A DNA stretch of 24,069 bases from a bacterium (GTDB taxonomy: Bacteria; Sysuimicrobiota; Sysuimicrobiia; Sysuimicrobiales; Kaftiobacteriaceae), in assembly GCA_044868695.1 (NCBI GenBank), contig JBIOWP010000099.1, positions 1 through 24,069 on the forward strand, read 5' to 3'. The notes below the pieces were generated by a model. It worked only from the letters and a program-made list of their open reading frames with translations. It did no database searches and had not been told where the DNA came from. The first letter of the stretch is position 1. Each line of letters starts with the position of its first letter. Below are positions 18,112 through 24,069 of the stretch, piece after piece. A program made the translations under genes and the position numbers.

Positions 18112-18896
18112 CGGAGCGACGCCAGCACAAACAGCCCGATCGAGCACAAGACGATGGCCCCGCCCGCGGCGAGGTTAAGGTAAAATGCCGCAGTCATGCC
18201 CAGCACGACCGCGGCCAGCGAGCACGCGACGGCGAGCCACAGGGTGCCTTTGAAACTGCGGGCGAGCCGCAGGGCCGTCACGGCGGGGATCACGATCAGC
18301 GCGCTCGTGAGCAGCACGCCGACCACCCGCATGGACACGACAATCGTGACCGCGACCAGGAACGTCAGCAGGAGGTTGACCGCATCGACCGGGATGCCCT
18401 GGACGCGCGCGGCTTCTTCGTCAAACGTAATCGCAAACAAATCCTTGTACAGAACGGCCACCAGGCCCAACACCAGCAGACCCAGGGTGAGGATGATCCA
18501 GAGATCACCAGGCCGGACGGCGGTGACCGCGCCGAACAGATAGGAGAACAGGTCGACGGTAAACCCGCCTGAGAGGCTCAGCAGCACCACGGCAGCCGCG
18601 AGGCCGCCGGAGAGGAAAATGGCGAGGGCCGCCTCGCCGAAGAGTTGACCGGATACGCGAAGCCGCTCAATGCCGACCGCGCCGATCACGGCAACCGCCA
18701 GCGCGCCCGCCGCCGGGTGCACCCCGGCCAGCAGCCCCAGCCCCACTCCGACCAGCGCCACGTGGGCCAGCGTGTCGGCGATCAGGCTCAGCCTGCGCAG
18801 CACGAGGAAGACGCCGATGGTCGGCGCGATGGTGCCGATCATGACACCGGCCGCCAGTGCGCGAACCATGAAGCCGTACTGGAGAAATTCTGGCAT
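18108..18896 (-). CDS. znuB: Zn/Mn ABC transporter permease
   Basis: FMVRALAAG, GVFLVLRRLSLIADTLAHVAL, YLFG, TFDEEAARVQG, VGVLLTSALIVIPA. Confidence 0.9.
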   Translation of the reverse strand: MPEFLQYGFMVRALAAGVMIGTIAPTIGVFLVLRRLSLIADTLAHVALVGVGLGLLAGVHPAAGALAVAVIGAVGIERLRVSGQLFGEAALAIFLSGGLAAAVVLLSLSGGFTVDLFSYLFGAVTAVRPGDLWIILTLGLLVLGLVAVLYKDLFAITFDEEAARVQGIPVDAVNLLLTFLVAVTIVVSMRVVGVLLTSALIVIPAVTALRLARSFKGTLWLAVACSLAAVVLGMTAAFYLNLAAGGAIVLCSIGLFVLASLR

Positions 18897-18904
18897 GCCG
18901 GGCC

Positions 18905-19696
18905 CTAATGGTGGTGCGCGACGACAAGACTTTCGGCGCGGTACAGCTGCGCCAGGGCGCCGGACCGGATGGCTTCGTCGGGACTCCCGTGGAAGACGAG
19001 GGTCCGATTGAGGCATGCCATCTGAGTCACCTCCGCGGCAACCACGCTGACATCGTGGGAGACCAGCGCCAGCGTCGTCCCGAACTCCCGGTTGAGGCGG
19101 CGTAGCAGGCTGTAGAACTGCTCCTGCGCATCCACGTCGACCCCCACGGTGGGCTCATCCAGGAGCAGCAGTTCCGGCCGGCTCGCCAGCGCCCGCGCGA
19201 TGAAGACCCGCTGCTGCTGGCCCGTCGACAGCCGCCCGATCGCGCGGTCGCCGAATTCCAACATGCCGACGGTGTCCAGCGCACGCTCGGCCGCTTCAAC
19301 GTCCGCGGCGCCGAAGGGCCGGCCCAGCCCGGCGCGCCCGGCGCGCCCGCTAATTGTCACCTCGAGCACCGTAGCCGGGAACCGTGCATCAAATGCGGTC
19401 GCCTTCTGGGGCACGTAGCCGACACGGTGCCACTCGCGAAACTCGTGAATGTCAGACCCAAAGAGGCGTACGTGGCCGCTCGTGGGCCGGAGGAGCCCAA
19501 GCAGGACCCGGAACAGTGTCGTCTTCCCCGACCCGTTCGGCCCGATGATCCCGAGGAAATCCCTGCGCTGGATCCGCAGGCTCACGTCGTCCAGCACGCG
19601 CTCGCGCCCAAAATCGACGCACACGTGCTCGACTTCCGCGACGACCCCGCTATCGGGGGCAGCCCAGTCCTTCGACGAGCCCGGTAAGGTTCGCAT
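18905..19696 (-). CDS. znuC: Zn/Mn ABC transporter ATP-binding protein
   Basis: GPNGSGKTT, GYVPQK, LSTGQQQRVFIARAL, LLLDEPT, VSHD and C-terminal HHH; exact start uncertain. Confidence 0.9.
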   Translation of the reverse strand: MRTLPGSSKDWAAPDSGVVAEVEHVCVDFGRERVLDDVSLRIQRRDFLGIIGPNGSGKTTLFRVLLGLLRPTSGHVRLFGSDIHEFREWHRVGYVPQKATAFDARFPATVLEVTISGRAGRAGLGRPFGAADVEAAERALDTVGMLEFGDRAIGRLSTGQQQRVFIARALASRPELLLLDEPTVGVDVDAQEQFYSLLRRLNREFGTTLALVSHDVSVVAAEVTQMACLNRTLVFHGSPDEAIRSGALAQLYRAESLVVAHHH

Positions 19697-20579
19697 ACAT
19701 CACCGTGAAGTAGTTGTCTCCGCCCCGCTCCTGCTCCAGCGTCAGCCCTTCCAGAGGATTCAACGGCGCCACGCGCGCGCCGGCTTCTCGAGCCACGGCC
19801 TCGGCCAACCTGGGACCATCCAGCGGCTCAAAGTAAACCACTGGAATCCCGCGCTGTCGGGCCAGGAGGATCACCTCAACCAGCCGCGCCGGAGGCGGCT
19901 CCGCCTCCGGGGTCACCCCCGTGATCGCGATCTGAGTGAGGCCGTACCGGCGGGCCAGGTATCCAAACGCGGCGTGCGTCGCAATGAACTCCGTGCGCGC
20001 GCAGCCGGCCAGCGCCCGTTCATACCGCAGGTGCAGAGCCCGCAGCTCCAGGTCCAGCGCCGCGGCGTTTGCCTCGTACTCGGGCCGCCCGCGGGGATCG
20101 GCCCGCGCCAGTCCCGCAAGAATCCGCGCGACCTGCTCTCGGGCCAGCATCGGATCCAGCCACACGTGCGGATCCACGCCCCCGGCGCTGCCTCGCGTCA
20201 CGAGCGGCAGCCCCTCGGTCGCGTTGACCTGTACGGCTGCGGCTGAAACTTCCGGCAACAGCCGGGTCAGCCACGGTTCCAGTCCTGCGCCGTTGAAGAC
20301 CACGACCCGCGCCCTCTTCAGCGCGACGACGTCCTTCGGGGTGGGCTCGTAATCATGGGGCTCCGCACCGGGCGGGATCAGCGTGCGGACATCGACCCGC
20401 CCCCCGCCGATACGCTGCGTAAACTCCGCCAGCGGATAAAATGTCGCCTCGACCGGCATGGGCCCCACGACCGCAGGTGGCCTTGCGCATCCCGCCGCCA
20501 GCACGGCCAGGACGCAGCAGCGGCCCAGCCCCCACGCCGGGGGTCTGCTCACCGCCGCCTTCGTGCCCGCGGCCGGCAT
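19650..20579 (-). CDS. znuA: Zn/Mn ABC transporter substrate-binding lipoprotein
   Basis: Lipobox LAAGC; metal-binding motifs EPHDYEP, DPHVWLDP, THAAFGYLA, LNPLE; exact start uncertain. Confidence 0.88.
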   Translation of the reverse strand: MPAAGTKAAVSRPPAWGLGRCCVLAVLAAGCARPPAVVGPMPVEATFYPLAEFTQRIGGGRVDVRTLIPPGAEPHDYEPTPKDVVALKRARVVVFNGAGLEPWLTRLLPEVSAAAVQVNATEGLPLVTRGSAGGVDPHVWLDPMLAREQVARILAGLARADPRGRPEYEANAAALDLELRALHLRYERALAGCARTEFIATHAAFGYLARRYGLTQIAITGVTPEAEPPPARLVEVILLARQRGIPVVYFEPLDGPRLAEAVAREAGARVAPLNPLEGLTLEQERGGDNYFTVMYANLTGLVEGLGCPR

Positions 20580-20998
20580 CGCTCACAGTAGCCGAACAGC
20601 TCAATCCGGTGCGCGGTCACCGCAAACCCCCGGCGGCCCGCCCCGCCCAGCGAGGGCAGCGTGCAGGCCTCCAGGCGGGCGATGCTCCCGCACGACAGGC
20701 AGACCAGATGGTGATGGTGCCCCTGGTCGTCTCGCAGCTCGTACCGCAGGCGGCCATCGTCCAGCACCACGGGGTGGGCCAGCCCTTCCTCGGCCAGAGC
20801 CTGCAGTGTCCGATACACGGTGACCAGACCGAGGCGCGGATAGATCGTCCGCGCACGCACGTGGATCTGGCGCACCTCTGGCGCGCAGCCGAGCGATGTC
20901 AGAGCCTGCATCACCGCGCGCCGCTGGACCGTCACCCGTTTCCCTCCGGCCCGCAGCCGTCGCAGGGTGTCAGGCGCTGGATCCGCGTGTCCACTCAT
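20549..20998 (-). CDS. zur: Fur-family transcriptional repressor, probably Zur
   Basis: RVTVQRRAV, LGLVTVYRTL, HHHHLVCLSCG, FGYCERC; first gene of the znu operon. GGTGGAG precedes ATG 20998. Confidence 0.85.
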   Translation of the reverse strand: MSGHADPAPDTLRRLRAGGKRVTVQRRAVMQALTSLGCAPEVRQIHVRARTIYPRLGLVTVYRTLQALAEEGLAHPVVLDDGRLRYELRDDQGHHHHLVCLSCGSIARLEACTLPSLGGAGRRGFAVTAHRIELFGYCERCRPRARRRR

Positions 20999-21020
20999 CT
21001 CCACCTTCACCGCGATTCCA

Positions 21021-21041
21021 AATTGAAACGTATTTTCAATA
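21021..21041 (-). promoter_or_regulatory. Zur/Fur-type operator palindrome
   Basis: Minus strand reads TATTGAAAATACGTTTCAATT, an AT-rich ATTGAAA-N5-TTTCAAT inverted repeat 22 nt upstream of the zur start; resembles the actinobacterial-type Zur box. Confidence 0.8.
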
Positions 21042-21092
21042 AGCCCGAACGCACCCAGCCTACCGTAGATGCGCGGTGACGTCAACGGCTGT

Positions 21093-22061
21093 TCAGGGCG
21101 TGAGGAGGATCTTTCCCGTGGCGGCCCGGCTCTGCAGGTGGCGGTGGGCGTCGGCGGCCTGCGCGAGCGGAAAGACGCTGTCCACCCGCAGGCGCAGCGC
21201 GCCCGACTGGATCCATGACAGCACGGCGGTGGCGCGGGCCAGCAGTTCCTCGCGCGTGTGGGTGTGATGGTGCAGCGTCGGCCGTGTGAGGAACAGGGAC
21301 CCCAGGCTATTCAGGACCTGCGGGTCGACCGGCGGCACCGCACCGCTGGACTGACCATACAGCACCATCATCCCCCGCAGGCTCAGACAGCGCAGGCTCT
21401 TCTCGAATGTGTCCTTGCCGACGGAATCGTAGACGACCTGCACGCCGCGCCCGCCGGTTAGGCGCTTCACGTCCGCCTCAAAATCTGTCCGCGAGTACAC
21501 GACGACCTCGTCGGCGCCGAGAGAGCGCGCGATCTGGGCTTTTTCATCGCTGGAGACCGTGGCGATCACCCGGGCACCTCGCCGTTTGGCCATCTGCAGT
21601 AGCAGGTGCCCGACCCCGCCGGCCGCGGCGTGGAGCAGCGTGGTGTCTCCCGCCTTCAGAGGGTAGGTATCGTGCGCCAGGTAGTGCGCGGTCATCCCCT
21701 GCAGCATCGCCGCCGCCGCGGTCCGCAGCTCCAGCCCTGGGGGGACCGGCACCAGACGCCACGCCGGCGCGACCACAAGCCCGGCATACGTTCCACCGAC
21801 GTTGGCGAACGCCACCCGCTCTCCGGGCTTGACCTCGGTCACGTCCGGACCGATCGCCTCCACCATGCCCGCGCCTTCCTGGCCGAGTGTGACGGGCAGC
21901 GTCAACCGGTACTGGCCGGACCGCTGGTAGCAGTCAATGAAGTTCACCCCGGACGCCTCGAGACGTACGAGCGCCTGCCCGGGGCCGGGATCAGGCACAG
22001 GAATCTCCTCGTAGCGCAGCACCTCGGGTCCACCGGTGGTGTGAATCCGGACCGCCTTCAT
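21093..22061 (-). CDS. qor: NADPH:quinone oxidoreductase (zeta-crystallin/MDR family)
   Basis: MKAVRIHTTGGPEVL, GVNFID, LGQEGAG, LQGMTAHYL, HAAAGGVG, VVYDSVG, YGQSSG, GSLFLTRPTL, TGKILL. AGGAGG precedes ATG 22061. Confidence 0.93.
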   Translation of the reverse strand: MKAVRIHTTGGPEVLRYEEIPVPDPGPGQALVRLEASGVNFIDCYQRSGQYRLTLPVTLGQEGAGMVEAIGPDVTEVKPGERVAFANVGGTYAGLVVAPAWRLVPVPPGLELRTAAAAMLQGMTAHYLAHDTYPLKAGDTTLLHAAAGGVGHLLLQMAKRRGARVIATVSSDEKAQIARSLGADEVVVYSRTDFEADVKRLTGGRGVQVVYDSVGKDTFEKSLRCLSLRGMMVLYGQSSGAVPPVDPQVLNSLGSLFLTRPTLHHHTHTREELLARATAVLSWIQSGALRLRVDSVFPLAQAADAHRHLQSRAATGKILLTP

Positions 22062-22151
22062 CGCTGGATGTCGACCTCCTGGGGAATGTGGCGCAGATGT
22101 CAATTCCCACCGGATCCCGCGCACTCCTCTCCCCCGCCCTCCGCCACGGGA

Positions 22152-22167
22152 TGGCAGCAGTCTTGCT
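22152..22167 (+). promoter_or_regulatory. Candidate sigma54 (-24/-12) promoter upstream of the small CPxCG gene
   Basis: TGGCAGCAGTCTTGCT has exact GG-N10-GC spacing and one mismatch to TGGCAC-N5-TTGCW. Confidence 0.5.
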
Positions 22168-22276
22168 CCCAGGTATCACTTGGAAGGGCTGAACTAGCGC
22201 CGACTTGGGTACGTAACCATGTTAGAAGGGGCCAACTGGCGGTGGACCCTTGCAGGGCCCTAGAGGGGAGCAGGCG

Positions 22277-22468
22277 ATGGGTGTCTGGCGCTGTCCACAC
22301 TGCGGATCGGTGGTCACTCTGGAAGCTCGGTTCGGCGAGATCCTGGCAGTCTACGATCTGTGCGCGGTCGGGGGCGATGCCAGGGCCGGCCGCGGCCCTG
22401 TCCGGATGGAACCCCTCTCTCCCGAGGTGAACGCCCGCGAGCCGGAGCTGGCCGGCAGCCGGGCATAG
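22277..22468 (+). CDS. Small hypothetical protein (63 aa) with CPxCG motif
   Basis: Strong RBS GAGGGGAG before ATG 22277; MGVWRCPHCGSVVTLEARFGEILAVYDLC...; GC3-rich codons; followed by a terminator hairpin. Confidence 0.7.
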   Translation: MGVWRCPHCGSVVTLEARFGEILAVYDLCAVGGDARAGRGPVRMEPLSPEVNAREPELAGSRA

Positions 22469-22491
22469 GCGGTAACCTCTCAGAAAGAATC

Positions 22492-22519
22492 ACGCGGGGC
22501 GGCAGATGCCGCCCCGCGT
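22492..22519. terminator. Probable bidirectional intrinsic terminator between convergent genes
   Basis: Perfect 13-bp inverted repeat ACGCGGGGCGGCA-GA-TGCCGCCCCGCGT; short T run on the + strand and GATTCTTTCT on the - strand. Confidence 0.75.
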
Positions 22520-22547
22520 TTGCATGCCCGCTCACACCTCAGGGTCG

Positions 22548-23864
22548 TTAGCGGCGCGCTTTCACCGGAGGGGCGCTGGTAGGACCCGCGACGGAGCTCT
22601 CGGCCACCAGCGCCAGGAACTCGGCTGCGTCCGCATGCGCCCCGCGGTCCTTCAGGGCCAGCCCGAAGTCCCGCGCGATGTCGACAGCCTTCGTCTGCAT
22701 GCCCCGACCGCGGAAGGTGGCCAACGCTTGTCGTACGCCGTCAACGGCAGGCTTCACTTCACCACGAGCCAACCGGATGCGACTGAGCGCGACCTGCGCT
22801 TCCGCAGCCTCAACTGGATCGCCTGTCCGCTGTGTCTCACCCAGGGCCCTGGCAACGAAATGTTCAGCCTCCTCGAGTTCACCCAGCGTCAGGTGCACTC
22901 GGCCGATCTCAGTAAGGATCGAAGCACGGTCGCGCGGCCGCTGGAGTCGCTCAATCACGCGCAACGCGTGGTGGAAGTGGCGCAACGCCTCGTGAGTTCG
23001 CCCCTGCTCATGGTCCAGTTGCCCCAAATTGTGGAGTACCATCATCAGGTCAGGAAGCTCCTCGGCGGACTCAAATGAGTCGCGGGCGTGGAGCAGGTTC
23101 TCGCGGGAATCATCCAGCTTACCCAATTTCCGGTGGACCCACCCGAGACCCCAGAGCGCCCGGCCGCGCAGGACGGAGTCGTGGCGGGTCACCTCGGCCT
23201 CAACCGCCTCCTGATAACGCCTGAGGGCGGAGTCCAGTCGATCCACCCGGGTCAACGCCGTTCCCAGGAGAATGAGCGCCTGCACACGCGCCGGATCACG
23301 ACCGGCTTTGGCTCGCCGGAACACTACCAGGGCCGACTCCAACACGTCCGCGGCCTCCGGGTACGCCCGTTGACGCAGCCTCAGCCTGCCCTGCTGCACC
23401 ATGACGCGCCCCAACCGCCAGTAGTCTTTCTCACGCTCACATGCCGCCAGCGCCGCATCCAGGGCGGCCGACGCGTGAGCAAAATCATCCTTCTCGATCG
23501 CGACCTCCGCGGCTTGGAGCTGTACCTCCCGGCCTGCCTCGTCGACACGGAACTTCTCGGTGAGAAATTGGACAGTATCGAGGATCCTTGACGCGGTCGC
23601 ATAGTCACGCCGGCGTATCGCATCGCGGCTGATCGCAAGCAGACTTCCGGCAGCTGTCTCATGCACATGCCCGTCTTGCCCGAGGAGGGCGTCCACCGAT
23701 GCGTCCAGTTGACGCGCAAGAAACACGAGCGTCTCTACCGACGGTCTCGTCCGATCACGCTCCACCAGGCTGATGAAGCTTTTTGACAGCCTCCCGCCAC
23801 CAAGCTGCTGCTGGGTTAGTCCACGCGACTGGCGAAGCTGACGGATTCTCAAGCCGAGCGACAT
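22548..23864 (-). CDS. XRE-family HTH + tetratricopeptide-repeat transcriptional regulator (NprR/PlcR-like architecture, 438 aa)
   Basis: LGLRIRQLRQSRGLTQQQLGGGRLSKSFISLVERDRTRPSVETLVFLARQL (HTH_3 pattern) followed by multiple TPR-like helix pairs (ALWGLGWVHRKLG, VLHNLGQLDHEQG, ILTEIGRVHLTLG). GGAGGGGG precedes ATG 23864. Confidence 0.9.
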   Translation of the reverse strand: MSLGLRIRQLRQSRGLTQQQLGGGRLSKSFISLVERDRTRPSVETLVFLARQLDASVDALLGQDGHVHETAAGSLLAISRDAIRRRDYATASRILDTVQFLTEKFRVDEAGREVQLQAAEVAIEKDDFAHASAALDAALAACEREKDYWRLGRVMVQQGRLRLRQRAYPEAADVLESALVVFRRAKAGRDPARVQALILLGTALTRVDRLDSALRRYQEAVEAEVTRHDSVLRGRALWGLGWVHRKLGKLDDSRENLLHARDSFESAEELPDLMMVLHNLGQLDHEQGRTHEALRHFHHALRVIERLQRPRDRASILTEIGRVHLTLGELEEAEHFVARALGETQRTGDPVEAAEAQVALSRIRLARGEVKPAVDGVRQALATFRGRGMQTKAVDIARDFGLALKDRGAHADAAEFLALVAESSVAGPTSAPPVKARR

Positions 23865-23922
23865 CGACGAAGCCCCCTCCGGTTGCGAGTGCCTAGACGA
23901 CTCTGCCTCATCAAACGAGGCA

Positions 23923-23959
23923 AGCATACCAAAACTTACCGATAGCAAGCAAGGTGCCA
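23923..23959 (-). promoter_or_regulatory. Promoter region of the HTH-TPR regulator (overlapping sigma54-like and sigma70-like motifs)
   Basis: Minus strand TGGCACCTTGCTTGCT (23959-23944) matches TGGCAC-N5-TTGCT. It overlaps TTGCTT (23952-23947)-N18-TATGCT (23928-23923) with an extended -10 TG. Confidence 0.55.
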
Positions 23960-23989
23960 GGGCGCGGGAGCGTGGCACCCGTACGGCTC

Positions 23990-24069
23990 CTAGCCCCCGT
24001 CAGGACCGATGTCCCCTGCCAACTGGAAGACGGCGGGTAGAGCCCCTCCGTCTGGTCCGATATCGCCTG
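23990..24069 (-). CDS. 3' end of a small ORF (5'-truncated by window edge) encoding duplicated GDIGPDGG; candidate signalling propeptide
   Basis: Frame from 24067 reads GDIGPDGG-ALPAVFQLA-GDIGPDGG-stop (TAG 23992-23990). The two copies differ at 6 of 8 codons, all synonymous third positions. Confidence 0.75.
   Translation of the reverse strand, partial: GDIGPDGGALPAVFQLAGDIGPDGG

Noticed and set aside
22277..22468. The 63-aa ORF as the regulator's cognate propeptide
   Set aside because: No signal peptide, a CPxCG motif and convergent orientation; the repeated-peptide ORF at 23990-24069 fits much better.
23865..23978. N-terminal extension of the HTH-TPR ORF in the ORF track
   Set aside because: Covers promoter-like motifs; a strong SD precedes ATG 23864, where the HTH begins.
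24001..24069. Possible structured ncRNA at the right edge (AGACGG...CCGTCT hairpin)
   Set aside because: The synonymous-only divergence of the two GDIGPDGG copies is better explained by coding selection on the minus strand.

Overview
GC-rich, gene-dense bacterial chromosomal segment; the taxon cannot be determined from this window. Left to right: a membrane GGDEF protein; a minus-strand moxR-DUF58-VWA-VWA cluster; zwf; tRNA-Pro(UGG); a membrane-anchored hypothetical protein; an NHEJ locus (ku, DUF72, VOC protein, ligD) carrying short-period palindromic repeat elements between genes and inside ligD linkers; an amidase-MBL hydrolase-rph-rdgB operon; a dienelactone hydrolase; a zur-znuACB operon with a Zur box; and a quinone oxidoreductase. 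The most interesting part is the right end. A small CPxCG protein converges on an XRE-HTH/TPR regulator with NprR/PlcR-like (RRNPP) architecture. Directly upstream of that regulator is a 5'-truncated small ORF, absent from the ORF track, that encodes GDIGPDGG twice with only synonymous differences between the copies. This is a candidate multi-copy signalling propeptide/receptor pair. All product calls come from motif recognition by eye; no searches were run.
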